64,000 bases of DNA from Octopus vulgaris. Its lineage: Eukaryota. Shown in pieces: positions 42,066 through 57,131 of this stretch. Each line of letters opens with the position of its first letter. The first letter of the stretch is position 1. A model generated the notes under the pieces. The model did not search any database. It was given only the letters and a program-made list of their open reading frames with translations, and had not been told where the DNA came from. The stretch is taken from the NCBI GenBank assembly GCA_951406725.2, contig OX597830.1, forward strand, positions 27,342,001-27,406,000, given 5' to 3'. The translations under genes were made by a program, and so were the position numbers.

Positions 42066-43454
42066 ATTTTACGACAAGATACCGCACAGTTTCCATCTAC
42101 CAAATTATTTCACAAGGCATTGGTCTGCTAGGCAGTGTAGTAAAAAATACTTGCCCGAATGTGTCGCGTAGTGAAACTGATCCCGAAACCAAGTGGTTAC
42201 AAAGCTGGCTTCTTAACCACATAGTCATGGCTGTGCCTGAATAAATTTGTTTCGAGACTTATAATTCTTTTTCGGCATATGGTCAACCAGTCGGTTAATT
42301 ATGATCGAAATCCAGCTGAATCAAACCTCATTATTTCTCTTGTGATTATTTTATCGAATTGCCGGATTAACGAAAGACAAGTCAAACCCAACTTATATTT
42401 GAATTTTTGCTTTTAATTGAATGTAGACAAACAACATTATATATTTCTCTAGTTTGAATCTGGCTCCCTACATTGTCGGCCATATCTTCTGTACACTTTA
42501 TAATTAACACAGTTTTTCCAGTGGAATCTGTGCGGAGGTGCGAAAGTGCGAAGCGGAGAGAGAAACCGAAGTATCTCTGAAGAAGGGAAGAAAGATAGAT
42601 ATATAAATCGGGAGAGAGAGAGAGAGAAAGAAAAGGCAAAAGAACCACAGGGAGAGAGATGGAGAGAGAGGGAGAGAGATAGAGTTAAAAACAAAGGTAA
42701 AATAATGGTCACATCAAAGGCCGAATATATTATTTGCTGGCCTTCTTTCAAGTGTTCACATGTGAAATAGTTAACCATATCACGTAAAATGATGGATGCT
42801 GAAAAGAAAGCAATTAAAACATCACTGACATCTTTGAAGTGAAATGACTGGATAAGGTCAACATGACTTACAGATCATATCTTATGATCTCATTCATAAC
42901 TAATGCAGCAAGTGTTAGCTTATTTACTACACAAATCACTTAATTCTACTCACCTTAGTTCATAACAAGAGTTGCTAGATCAATTCCACAAAGAGTAGCG
43001 TACTGTGTTATATAGTAGCCCTAAATAAAGATTCGTTTTAGCTTCGCATATCTCCGTCTCAAATTATTTTGGAAAATCATGAAATCAAGAGACTCGTTGA
43101 ATTACTGGGATTAAATCTTCTTAAAAACTCCAAGTGCATCTTAAATTTCCTTTCTTTATGCACTTATTGGAATGAAAAATCAAATAAAAGCAAAACAAAA
43201 CAAACTTTTTTGTAAGTATGTATATACAAGTATATGGGTACATATGTATGTATATGTATGCATGTATGTCTGTCTGTCTGTATGTTTGTATGTATGCACG
43301 CTTGCATACATGTATGTATGCATGTATGTATGTATGTATGTTAGGTATGTATAGTGAGTCAATTGGTCCCAATTTAATTAGTTGATAATTCGATATGATG
43401 GTCAATGAAAATATTACTTTTAGAAATTAAAATTCTAAAGAAGGCCCAAGTTAA

Positions 43455-43485
<31 letters not shown>

Positions 43486-44075
43486 ATGTATGTATGTATG
43501 TATGTATGTATGTATCTATCTATCTATCTATCCATGTAATTGTCTGTCTGTCTGTAATAATATACGTTAATATGCATGTATGTATGTAAGTAAGTATGCA
43601 TGTATGTATGTATATATATATATATATATATAGGCGAGAGAGTTGGTATGTGAAAGCACGTGTTTGGATGTATGAAAGACAAAATAACAATGATAATATA
43701 TCATAGTAATAATATATATATTCTGCGATGTAAAGCGACATTTATATATAAACAAATTGACTGAATAATGATGAGCTAACCCAAGTCAAAGTAGAATTAG
43801 TATGAAAAAAAAACAAAAAAACAAACAAAAGCGAAACAAAACAAACTTTTATGTAAGCATATGTATACAAATATATGGGTACATCTATGTATGAATATAT
43901 GTGACTGCATGCATATATATATATAAGTTTATGAAAGAATGGAGTTGAACGACTTGTTAACAAATTTCCTTTATTTTCGACATGTTTCGAAGGCTGCATA
44001 TTCTGATGTGAATTTGCTACCCAGGTATCGGTTATCTTTCGCATTATCCTTAATAATATAATTCATTCAACTACT

Positions 44076-44132
<57 letters not shown>

Positions 44133-45365
44133 ACACATACATACATACAAACATGCATTCACACACATACTCATACACAGATGTACCCATATACCCATCA
44201 GCATAGATGGGTATATGGGTAGATGTACCCAGGGATCCATCAGCGATTGCATGAGAATAACTACAATGATAAATAGATGCTCTAAAGCGTATGTGCATAC
44301 ACACACTCATATGTATATATATGCACACACACACACATACACATAGGTATATATGTTTGTGTGTATGAGTTTAATTTAGTATTCCTGGCAAAAGGGATAC
44401 AGTATAACTGACTGGTGCTTCGTAAGTTTGCTGTGCCCAGGTCAAAACTGCAGTATATTTGGAGAAGGGTATGGCAAAAGTCTTCCCTGTGTATTTTCAC
44501 CTTTGAATATCTAGATGAAGCAGTTTATTTTTCATCGTTAACCGAACTGTTCACTAGCTGTATTATCATTACTATTGAAGCTAGATATAGACCCACACAC
44601 ACCACACGCACCATTTCTATATAGGAAACGGATGTAAACATCAATATCTTCGATATGAATCAACTAATCTGGGCATCAACTGCAGCACTCTTCAAAGACC
44701 CTCAAAAGAAACCTTAAGACGTAAGCAATTTGAAAAAAACCGAAACGCAGAGATTGATAGGAAATAAAAAAAGAAAGCTCAATATCTCTCTGTTCTTGTT
44801 GCGATCGAAAAACGAAAGCAAATAAATGACTCAATGAATAAATAAATAATATAGAGAATAAGAGCGAGGCAAATACTATAACAATAACAATATGTAATGA
44901 TAATATAATGTACACGAAATTATAGGACGCTTAAGATAAAAGGAGAATATTTGCGAAAATCGTTGGAAAAGCGTTGACGAGTTTTTGAACAGAACAGTTT
45001 TGTCTCCAACCAAAGAAAAGGAAAAATTTCGAAGAACAAGGTAAAAAGCAAGAAGAGAAAAGAAAAGAAAACAAGGTGGTGCTTACAGTAAAAAAGTAAA
45101 AGTATAAGGGTGTGGGGAAGTGTGTGGATAGTAAATGATTTGCTACGAATTATAATGCTGAAAACAGAATGATGAAGACATCATCAGGGCAACCATTGAA
45201 AGTAATAATTTTTATACGTAAAGCAACTGGAAGGGAACCAAGAAATGATGAAACGTTAAGCCTTTGGTCTAAATAACTGCTACACGTCACATGACTTCTC
45301 TCTCTCAGTATCTCCCTCTATATATATATTTACACACATCCATATGTATATAGGTATATATGTAT

Positions 45366-45428
<63 letters not shown>

Positions 45429-45446
45429 TATATATATATGTATATA

Positions 45447-45491
<45 letters not shown>

Positions 45492-45538
45492 TTACACACA
45501 AATGCACACACATATATATATAGATGTATATATAGACT

Positions 45539-45570
<32 letters not shown>

Positions 45571-46039
45571 TGTATATTTGTATGTATCTATCTATCTATC
45601 TATCTAGCTAGCTAGCTAGCTAGAGACAAAGATATATACAAATATATGCATATACGGAGAACAGCTTTTCCAGTAAACTTGCATTGAAAATACGAATGTA
45701 TATTAAGTTTGTCTATTTGCTTGAAGTTTCAAGTATCTGCGAATCAGACTTTTATAGTTCACATGGAAGAATAAAGTACTCACGTTATCAACATTTTCAG
45801 TCCCTCTCAGCGTCATCATCAGACAATGTAATTGTTTTGGCTTCTGTATGATCTTTTTATAGTGTCTTATGTTTATACAGACTTTTCCGTCAGAATTTTG
45901 CCGTTTCACCGTTAAAGTAATCGGATTTACATTTGTCGTGTTTGTTGTGTGTCAATTTTAGTCTTGTTTTACGTTATTAGCATTGCTTCCATAATCAATC
46001 ATCGCCTTTTTCTTGAGATAATTCTTTTAAGCTATAGAA

Positions 46040-47150
46040 TTCAGGTTGTACCGAAATTAATGTAAAAGTGGGCATAACATTTTTTAGTAACTTACATAGG
46101 ACATTCAAATTGCATATGTTGATAAAGTAACTCTACGTTTATGCAAAAGTACCACTCCTAGTAGTCTCCATTAAAAGCAATGGATTTGCACTATCGCTGA
46201 ACCCAGCTCCCGAATCCCGAACAACTTCAGATGTCCACTGCCGTACCCATTTTTTCAAAGTCACTTTCACCTCGTGTGTATCATCAACTCATTGTCACTG
46301 ATGATTGTTTTTCATTGGAGCGAAAAATCGGCCTCCCAGTGGCCTCCCATCCTGTACGGTGGCTAGGAGACCACTGACCCGCTCAATTTTGCCGATTGCC
46401 TGATTTGTTACTAAAGATGTGCATGGTCTTGCATTGCCATGATAATGCGGTTCATTTTCAGTAATTTCTTCCAAATGATATCTCTAAGCTTTTTGAATAT
46501 ATCAATGAATCACTCACTGTTCACGATACTACAAAGTTCTAGAAAATCAAGGACAAATGGGTCTTTGTCATCGCAGAAAACAGTCATCGGGACTTTCTAT
46601 GTCGATTACTGTCTCTTGGACATTTTAGACTTTGAAGAAGAGGTGTAACACCATTTCGTAGACTTCCTTTCAGAAACATAAACACACGCCCTGTCACCAA
46701 AATCGAAAACAAAAAAGTGTCTTCATTGGATTCTAACACTTCCAGCAGCTCAGAGTGAACTTCTGCTATTCTCTCTTTCAAATTGAATGTCAAGGATGTC
46801 CAATTTATACACAATTTACGATTCCTAACCTCTTCCACCATTTTCTGAAATGCCTTGTGACCACAGTCCAGTTATTCAAGCAAGCTCATGGACCTTTCGC
46901 GAAAATCAATTCCACCAGTTGCTAGCGATTCGAGTCAGTGGTTGGACTTGATGGTCTCCCATTGCACGGTTTGTCTTCTATGCTTGTTTGGTCTTCCTTA
47001 ATCTTCTTCAACCATTTGTGCGCATTGCTACATTGCTCATGTCAGTGGGGGTCACCTCCGTAAACAATCAGTAGCTTTCCGTGAATGTCGAACAATATGA
47101 ACAAGATCTTAGTGACAGCACATTGCTTATACTTGAAACTAATTATTTTC
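46040..47150 (-). pseudogene. Decayed mariner (Tc1/mariner) transposase
   Basis: RKLCINW...FL..ILVTG, TVFCD, HGNARPCTSLVT..AI and PPY motifs in broken frames. Confidence 0.8.
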
Positions 47151-47671
47151 CTACAATGAAGAAGAGCAGGAACAAGAGCTATTATAACAATATGTGCAAG
47201 ATGAACAAACTATGTCAGCTAATAAAAAAAGTATGCTAACGTTTAAATTACCTTTGTTAGTTTCGTATTTTCTGTTAATATTTATCTATCTCCCTTTGTT
47301 TTATGGTGTATGGTACTGCATATTGCAATTGCTGTTCATTTTAAATGCATTGTATGACTACGAGAGAATGTTATATTTGTTTGACCAATGTAACAGTTGG
47401 AATTATGAAGTTTGCAATATTTCACTTTTACAGTCAAATTTACAAGTTACATTCGTCGCTCGTTTGTTTTCAGGTTTACAAGCTTGCACTTAAGTTGTAG
47501 AGGACACTATTAACTATATTGCTTTTTTGTAATATGCATTTCTAGTGTCAGATGGTGGTTTGTGTTTCGTTTTGTGAGATATTTGACTATATTTTCGTCT
47601 GTTCTGATCCCGATATGCATTTGGTCCATATAATACACTTTGTATTTTTTCCGTTGTATTTCAGTTTATAT

Positions 47672-48008
47672 GTGAAGGCGCATGACTCAGTGGTTAGAGC
47701 GTCGAGCTTACGATCGTGAGGTTGTGAGTTTGATTCCCGGACCGGGCTACGTGTTGTGTTCTTGAGCAAGACACTTTATTTGACGTTGCTTCAGTTTACT
47801 CAGCTGTAGAAATGAGTTACGACGGCACAGGTGCCAAGCTTTATCTGCTTTTGCCTTTCCCTTGGATAACACTGGTGGCATGGAGAGGGGAGGCTGGTAT
47901 GCATGGGTGACTGCTGGTCTTCCATAAACGACCTTGCCCAGACTTGTGCCTGGGAGGGTAACTTTCTAGGTGCAATCCCACGGTCAGTCATGACCGAAGG
48001 GGGTCTCA
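47672..48008 (+). mobile_element. SINE head B + tail 2
   Basis: A/B boxes, CTTGAGCAAGACACTT core; possible TSD GTTTATAT (47664-47671, 48012-48019). Confidence 0.88.
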
Positions 48009-48439
48009 GCTGTTTATATTCATCAGTAGCTTGGTTTACACGTCTGCTTGAATATCCGTTGTTAATTAGCATTTGTTTTCTCATTTCTTTACCCACCGTT
48101 TTATTTGTGGGAAAAGATCTAATGCATGCGCTTTTACATATGTACATACATACAGAAGAAATCTTATAAATGAAAACCAGAAATCTTGTAAATACAGCTA
48201 CCCAGGGTTTCTCTTAGCTGATCGAGTGATTTTCTACTTGTTGAAGCCATTACCACATACTGCATACATAAATACATATGTATTCAAATACATATATGAT
48301 GTATACGCACATATGCATGTAAATAGTCATGCATACACACACACAAACACACACACACACAAGTACACACACACACATATATGTATGTGTATGTATGTAT
48401 ATATATATATATACATTTCTGTTTATTTCTATCTCTATC

Positions 48440-48480
<41 letters not shown>

Positions 48481-48496
48481 ATTATATGTATTTATA

Positions 48497-48536
<40 letters not shown>

Positions 48537-48610
48537 ATATAAATATGCATATATATATAGATGTCTATATATATAATGTATATGGTGTTTTATATATATA
48601 ACGTATAAAG

Positions 48611-48673
<63 letters not shown>

Positions 48674-49436
48674 TGCACCTGTCATTTCACGATGCCTTGA
48701 TGCTGACTGTATTTATAATAACATTGAGTACCGAACTGAATTATTTCTGTCTATCTTATATTCACTTCCTATATAAACTCTGCCAAAAATGGATGTCACA
48801 ACAAACAGAAAATCGATTATGCCAGACAGGCATGGAAAAGCGATGAGATCAGGCCTAAATTCTTTTCCATGCAATGCCACATGCCATTTCAATGCCATGC
48901 AATGCCATGCCATGTCACTGACCAAAATAATCAATCCCTAAAGAATATCATGGACATTTGTAGACATCTGTATGGGAGATTAGTGAATGGACGGAATGAT
49001 GTTGGAGAAATGAAGAAAGTAGAACTGGACAATGATGGCAGTTAGGAATCAGAAAATACTAATTTATTTTAAAATAGAATCCCTCCCCCATCTCTCTCGT
49101 TCGTTCTATCTGTCTGTCGGTTTGTTTATCTGTCTATTGGTGGATCGATCTATCTATCTCGTTCCTTCGCTACATCCCTTCCGTTCCCGTCAACAACGTT
49201 GTATTCTAACTGACGTCCGGCTATTTTCTTTGGTGTAACTAATCTTTTCGCCAATACACTTTCGCTATGCGGACATACTTACATACGCACATATACGTAT
49301 CTGCACACCTTCAAAAACACGCATACATGCATGCATGCATACACACATACGCATGTACATGCATATACATGAATTTGAATAATACATGAATTAAAACTCA
49401 CATACATGTATGTATGTATGTATGTATGTATGTATG

Positions 49437-49518
<82 letters not shown>

Positions 49519-49610
49519 TAGACACACACACACAAACACATGTAAAAAAATGGATACATACATACATTTATTCATACTTTCATGCATGCATACAGATGTA
49601 AGTAGATATC

Positions 49611-49993
49611 GTGGCACTCCGTCGGTTACAACGACAAGGGTTCCAGTTGATCCGATCAACGGAAACAGCCTTCTCGTTAAATTAACGTCCAAGTGGTTGA
49701 GCACTAGACATACACGTGTACCCTTAACGTAGTTCTCGGGGAGATTCAGTGTGACACGGAATGTGACAAGACTGGCTCTTTGAAATACGGGTACAAGAGA
49801 AACAGGAAGAAGGAGTGAGAGAAAGTTGTGGTGTAAGAGTATAGTAGGGTTCGCCACAACCCTCTACCAGAGCCTCGTGGAGCTTTAGGTGCTGTCGCTC
49901 AATAAACACTCACAACGCCCAGTCTGAGAATCGAAACTGCGATCCTACGACCGCGAGTCCGCTGCCCTAACCACTAGGCCATTGCGTCTCCAC
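49611..49993 (-). mobile_element. SINE head A + tail 1, full length
   Basis: Head matches 44-240; tail matches 50715-50900 and 63078-63260. Confidence 0.9.
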
Positions 49994-50215
49994 ACGTAGA
50001 TATATACATAGATAAGCACACATATCTATATATTCCTTTATATATATATATATATACTGTATTATTCCACTGGTTTCTCTCATTAGACATGCGGCCATGC
50101 GGTGGCAGTGCTATCATGGGTTCAGTGTACCACAGCAATGCCATTCTGTTCTACATGTCGAACCATTAAATAACAAGACGCAACATAAACTACCACGACT
50201 ATGTATATACATATG

Positions 50216-50297
<82 letters not shown>

Positions 50298-50409
50298 CAT
50301 ATATACATATATGCATATATATATATATATACACATACATATATACATATATGCATATATATATATATACACATACATATATACATATATGTACATGAAA
50401 ATATGCACC

Positions 50410-50685
50410 ATATGGCTGGTGTGGCTGTTACACTCACGATCGCAAAGTCGTGCTTTCAATTCCTAAACCGGGTGGTGCGTTGTGTTCTTGTGCAAAACAC
50501 TTCATCTGCGATCACTTTGACACCTGACACGCGGTACACCGTGCACACGTTCAGGCTACGTCGATTTGAAGGAAAGAATGAGCTAACTACAGCATATTAG
50601 ATCACTATTAACAAATCATCGGGGTGCAGGTCGTTCGGCAAAAAGCTGAACACTCATACATCGTCTTCGATGGGAGAGTTCATTC
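50410..50685 (+). mobile_element. Diverged SINE head B + tail 5
   Basis: Head resembles 47672-47780; 3' part unique in the window. Confidence 0.6.
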
Positions 50686-50714
50686 ATATATTTGTGTGTG
50701 AATATATATATAAA

Positions 50715-51014
50715 GGAGCACTCCGTCAGTTACGACGACAAAGGTCCCAGCTGATACGATCAACGGAACAGCTTGCTCGTGAAATTAACGTGCAAGTGAC
50801 AGAGCATTCTACAGACACGTGTACCCTTAATGCAGTTCTCAGGGAGATTCAGCGTGACACAGAGTATGACAAGGCTGGCCCTTTTTTGAAATACAGGTAC
50901 AACTCATTTTTGCCAGCTGAGTGGACTGGAGCAACGTGAAATAGATTGTCTTGCTCAAGGACACAATCTAACGAACATGAGCCGAATGCGCCCTAACCAC
51001 TAAGCCACGCGCCC

Positions 51015-51018
<4 letters not shown>
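50715..51018 (-). mobile_element. SINE head B + tail 1
   Basis: Close match to 63068-63397 with a B-box deletion. Confidence 0.88.
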
Positions 51019-51058
<40 letters not shown>

Positions 51059-51075
51059 ATTTCAAACATACATAT

Positions 51076-51146
<71 letters not shown>

Positions 51147-51518
51147 GTGCAGGTATCCGGAAGACCCATTGTGGTCTTGTGGTGTAGATGAAATCTTGAG
51201 AACGTTCTCAAAATTTCATTCACACCACAAGACTCCTTTCAATGAACAGCACATACAATATACGTCTCCCCACTTTCACTTTGTAATGACAAAATATGAA
51301 CTCCTATCGGAATTTACATACCATGAGCAAAAGACATTTCTACTGTTTCTACAGACCACTTTCTTGGAGAATGGAACTGCAACTGTAGCATCCAACATAT
51401 ATTTTTATTTTTACTTTTATTCTCTTGTTTCACTTTATACTTCTTATTTCCATCCTTTTTCCAAAATAACACCTTGTATTGAACTCTAGTATTTCCCTCT
51501 ATTTAACACCCTCACATC

Positions 51519-51566
51519 GTCTCTGATGAAGGGATAACCCTAATATCCCAGAAACAACTGTAAGAC
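51519..51566 (+). ncRNA. Type I minimal hammerhead ribozyme motif (Penelope-type)
   Basis: GTCT-CTGATGA-a-GGGATA accctaa TATCCC-a-GAAAC aact GTA-AGAC: stems I and II intact, canonical core, GUA cleavage triplet. Confidence 0.7.
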
Positions 51567-51648
51567 TAACTTTCTCTTTATAAATGTCTTGAAAATACCC
51601 TTTGTGTCATTTTATTTAACACACACACATACATATAATAGAATATTA

Positions 51649-51707
<59 letters not shown>

Positions 51708-51840
51708 TTGGAAGATAATCGAGGAGAGTTTTAAAGATACGTTCCTAGCTAGGTTTTTAATTATAACTTCGGGACGATTGTATTTCCAATTTTGTAATTA
51801 ATAATAATTATTAATTTAATTATCTCTATTTTCTTATTTT

Positions 51841-51914
<74 letters not shown>

Positions 51915-51919
51915 GTGTG

Positions 51920-52550
51920 TGTGTGTATGACTTTTTCGTTATCTTTCTTATGGTGTGTATAAATGTGATTATTTTCGTCGTGGGTAACATAGCATCGAGA
52001 AAGTTGACTGATTTGACATGTTGACTGTAATGGAGAAATTAAAAAAGAGATGTTGTTCTTTACCAAAACAGTCTTTTCTATTTTGTTGGTTGTAATTTTT
52101 GGGATGAGTGGAGTGTCGTCTCTGAAGTGACCGCTCCACACGACTGGGAATCTGTTGAAGGATGCAAAATTTCTAAAAACCTATAATGTCGTTTGCTTCT
52201 GCCGTGTCTTCTGGTTCCATTTTTACGTCAAATGGTTCTTTTGTGTTGTTATTTTTTCCCAGAAAGCATTGGTGTGGAAAAGAGAGGATTTTGAAACGGT
52301 ATGGGCCGTTACATATTATCATCCTTATACAAAAAAAATTCTCTGCGTATCACGTAGGCTCTATTCTTCCAGAGAAACGACAGCTCACAAAAAAATCAAC
52401 AAAAAAAAAAACCTGAATGATTTAGCAAAGAAATTACATTTCTCCCTTAAAAACTTACAGAGTTATCAAAGAAATACTTGTTTGGATCATCATCAGGCGG
52501 GCTGCACTGCTAAAAAATTGAAGATAAGTTTTTTTATTTAGGCGTGCCAT
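51920..52550 (-). pseudogene. Penelope-like (Naiad-type) reverse transcriptase remnant
   Basis: PFDVKMEPEDTAEANDIIGF, GHFRDDTPLI, KSVNFLDAML correspond to FDVTMGS.DGAE, GLYRDDGL, VNFLDVT; may extend to about 53150. Confidence 0.65.
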
Positions 52551-54664
52551 TTACAATATCCTGCGGGATGCTGTTTGCTTATGTCTGATTTAAGTCATCT
52601 CAGACTGATCCGACCTTTGATACAACAGTTACTTGGTCGAATGGTTAAGTGTAACAGGCATATGTAATTGTTCAAAGTATTCCACATTGTGGAGAGGATT
52701 CTCTCATCGACTCATTGAAATTGTAAGTGTTTGATGAACCTTACAAAAATAATTGTTCCGTTACTCATATTACTTTTCGGGAGATTTAATATTGAAAGAG
52801 TTAATGGACGGCCGATATGCACACACTGCAATACTAATGAAAAGGTAAACGAATCAGGAGAATACGAACTCACGATCCTTGAGCTGAAAACCGTTGCAGG
52901 TGTTTCAATTTGTTTCTTCATTGGACAATCAACTCTTCGTGTCTCAGTGCACAAGTTGTCAGATTTGTTAGTAAAATCTCTTGTCACAGTCTAACTGTAC
53001 AGCCACGAGAAGGATTTGTCTCATCCGCTTAACATTACGAAATTCATCGCAATTGCTTTCATCAATTCTACGTTTGATTATACAGAAAATTTCGGCCCAA
53101 GACTAATCTAGAATGACAGTTTCGCTTTTGAATTTATATTTTTAAAACTCGTCTCTTTAACAATCTCCTTCTACTCGCTCCTGCTCGAAATATCGCTCTA
53201 CCCTTTTCTATCTCTCCAAATCTCTGTCATATATTTTAAACCATTTATATCGCTATCGCATTTTGTCAATTCTTTTCTGGGGTGTTTATTCACTCTTTTT
53301 CTTGCATGCTCCATTTCTGTCCCTCCCTGTTCGTATCTGCCTGTTGTACATCTTTTTCTTCCGAATATCCCCTCCTTGCCTTCCATTTATTTTTTACTCT
53401 TTCCTTGTCTCGGCACCCTGTTCTCTTCCATTCTCCCTTTTACAGTATCTTCGTTCGTTAAACCTCTCTACTATTTAAGCTCGCTTTTGTCTCCCTTGCA
53501 GTCTAACATTTCATTTATTCTCTTCATCTTTTTACTTACCGCACAACATTTCCTATCATCTCAGTTATAATCTCTCAGTAAATCTACTACCTACTCATCT
53601 TTCATACTGCAACTCACATTGGTTTACTCCTATCACTATCATTTATTTAGTCACACTCACCAACTCTCACCTCTCATTGTCTTCTCTTATACCTAATTTC
53701 TTTCTCTTCTTCTGTCAACATTTCTATCGCTTTGTCTGCGTGCATATTTGCCTATCTAAGGTGTATCCCTTCCCCCCTCTCTCACTCACATACACTGGTT
53801 TTCTGTCACACACTCCCACTCACTCTTCCTTTCTCATCAAATGTATTTCTGTCCTCTTAATCATCAAGTCATTGCTAGTCTTTTTTTTGCTTCTGTCAAT
53901 TTATGTCGGTGTCACTCCACATTTCCCTCTTCTTTTCTCCTCCTCTTTCCTTCTCTCCATTTCCTTATTTTTCCACTTTGCTTCTCTCATTTTCTCTCTT
54001 TCTCTTTTCTCACTCCCTAATATTCAAACAGTAAACTGGTCGTCGCAGAATTGGGATTAGGTACGGATTAGATCTAACTTCTTGAAATGGTCCTCCTGAC
54101 TGTCTTGACAGTTTAGATATCAAAATGAAATCAACGAAGATCTGCTTCCAATCACAAATACAATCTCTCTCATAGCACAGCGCAGCATAGCCATAGCTTA
54201 GCATAGCTTAGCTTAACTTAGCCGTTCAACTGCAAACTCCGCTCTACTCCTTGACCACCCATAGCCATGCATAAACGCCACCACTGATCACACAGAACCG
54301 GCCATCTATCACCAAGCATCACCAACCAGCCAAGCAACTAACCAATCGACCAACCAACAAAGCAACAAATATTCTGATGCCGGTCAAACCAAAATTACAA
54401 GACCATTATCCTTCGCTGCTGCCGTCACCTCTCTGTCCCCATAACACAATCCTCTAGAAAGAAATAGGAAGACAGAAAGGAAAAGGAAAAGGGAAAAGAA
54501 AGAAGAGAAAACGTAAGGAAAGATTAAAAGATAGAAAGAAAGGAAGAAAGACGAAACTAAGAAAGGTTATATAAAAAAAGAAAGAAAATAAGAGGCGAGA
54601 AATGCATGAAAATGTGACTAGAAACCAACATCCTTTTTCTTACTTCCATCCTATGTATACAAGA

Positions 54665-54826
<162 letters not shown>

Positions 54827-55173
54827 GTGTCTATCTATCTATGCACACAGACACCACATAGACACACAGGCACAGACACACACACGCACACACACATAGA
54901 CACACACATACGCACGAATGCACACACACATAGACACACACACATACACACACACACATAATTATATTTCGTGATCTGTCTTAAATTTTTGCTGTCGTGC
55001 AGCAGTTAACTAGCTTATATTTCAAAATACTACAAATGTATCCATGGTATTTTGCCTATTCTTTTTTTGTTTACTTTCTCTTTATAAAGCTTATGTTATT
55101 GGTTTTAAACTGAGAATTATAAAACCCTCATCACTATAAAACCCGCCTATTCTATTTACTTGTGTGTGCGCGC

Positions 55174-55217
<44 letters not shown>

Positions 55218-56289
55218 ATGTATATATATAAGCATATGCAGCTGCTCGTGTGTATGTGTGTGAATTTATTTATCTCTTTCTGTCTATCGGATTTTTTCTT
55301 CTTCATCTCTATCCTCCTATCCAAAGAATATCGACAAATGTTGACATGCGTCTTTAGAATCCTATTTCTGTCCGACTGATTGGTGGTTGGAAAAGTTTCT
55401 CAATAAAATATGTAAATACAGCTTATTGACCGTGTCGTGTTGTTTAATCTTTAGAAAAATGAACGGACAAGAAGAAAGACGTAAAGAAGGGAAGAAAGGA
55501 AGGAAGGACCAAGAAGAAAGAGATCCTTATGTCAAAATCGTTAACCGGAATAATCTAATAATAATTTGGTCCTTGCCAAGCCTGTCAATCGATTGATGAT
55601 TACCTCTCTCTTCTCTCTTCCTCACCTTCTCACTTTCACTTTTACTTTCTCAGTCTCTTCCTTCCTTCTTTCCTTCTCTCTTTTTCTCTCTCTCCCTCTC
55701 TCTTTCCCACTGTCTCGATCTACTTAACTTACCGTATAGGTATGTATGCATTCATGTATGTGTGTAAGCTTTTATGTATGTATACATGCATGTATGCATT
55801 GATGTATGCATGTATATATGTATGTATGTGTGTATGCATGTATGTATGTATGTATGTATGTATGTGAGTGTGTATGTATGTATGTATGTATGTATGTATG
55901 TATTGATCTGTCTGTCGATGTGTCTATTATAACATTTTTTATTTTCTTAACAATTATTTGAACACATAAATTATACACCCCTTCCTTACTTTTCTACGTT
56001 CGTGTGTATACATCTATACACATCTGCATACATATATGCATTTATTTCTACGTGTGCATGTATGTATATATATATGTATGTGAAACTTCAAATGTATATA
56101 GTTATAGGTACATATACATATATATTTATAAAGTGACGTGCTGCACTTAGTATTTTGGTGCTTGAACCCCTTGTGGTTAGGCCATGTAGCGAAACGCGTC
56201 AGCCTTTCCTGCCAGCGCAAAAGCTTTTCTTCATCAAGACTTCTCCCACTTCCCCCGCGGTTATGTATGTTTAGTGGGTACACTGCGGC

Positions 56290-56920
56290 TCTAGGATAAC
56301 TTGGCTATCCGCGTAGCACCGGGCCCCGGTATGCAAGCTTATCCTTCTGCACGTCTGTATCAGAGACTAATCTTATGCTTTCTGAGTGAGTTCTTGAAAT
56401 GCGTACATTTAGGGTCGTTGAGCTTCAAGGCAATTTCCAACGGATTGGATATCTAGAAGACTCATACAGCTGAGGGTTGACACCACTCGTTTTGGGCCAC
56501 TCTCATCACGGGATCTTCCACTTTCACATCAAATATGGGGATACTGGGAAATGCGCTGTCCCAATTCCACCATGATGCTTCATTGCGCTGATATCTTATA
56601 TTGTAATTTAAATTATGCCTTAAATCTTAGGAGTGATTGTTATCATTGTATGGTACTTGTCTGCGACGATGGAATATTGCCACTTTTGTAGTAGTCTCGA
56701 TCGTACGGGCACACGGTAAGTGCAACATGAGAGCTGGAGATATAAGTCAAGATTCCGTGTTCACTCTCGCAGTTACGTCCTCTGTTGCGGCTATCTAGAA
56801 CATACGATTACCGAAGTATCGACAATTGAGTCAGAAGATAACTTGGCAAGTGCAATCATCAATTGAGACAAAACTGAAAACCTTGATCATCATCCAGTTT
56901 GATAACAGCCATAAGCATAT
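56290..56920 (-). pseudogene. Old RTE-like RT remnant
   Basis: IKVF, CRYFGN, TTTKVAIF and LVSDTDV relics in the expected order. Confidence 0.4.
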
Positions 56921-56964
56921 GCATACATACATACATATATGTATATAAATATATATATATATGT

Positions 56965-56998
<34 letters not shown>

Positions 56999-57096
56999 GT
57001 ATGTATATATATATATATATATGATTGAAATTTACAAAAAATAAACAAAAGACGAAGACAGGTGTATGAACAACAAGCAAGTATATTAGTTTGACG

Positions 57097-57131
57097 TTTT
57101 ACGTTTCGAGCCTACGCTCTTCAACAGAAAG
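57097..57131 (-). ncRNA. Minimal hammerhead-like motif with CUGUUGA core
   Basis: CTTT-CTGTTGA-a-GAGC gtag GCTC-GAAACGTA-AAA. Confidence 0.55.

Noticed and set aside
48830-48872. 11-bp hairpin GCATGGAAAAG/CTTTTCCATGC
   Set aside because: Too short for a pre-miRNA, no second copy or other support
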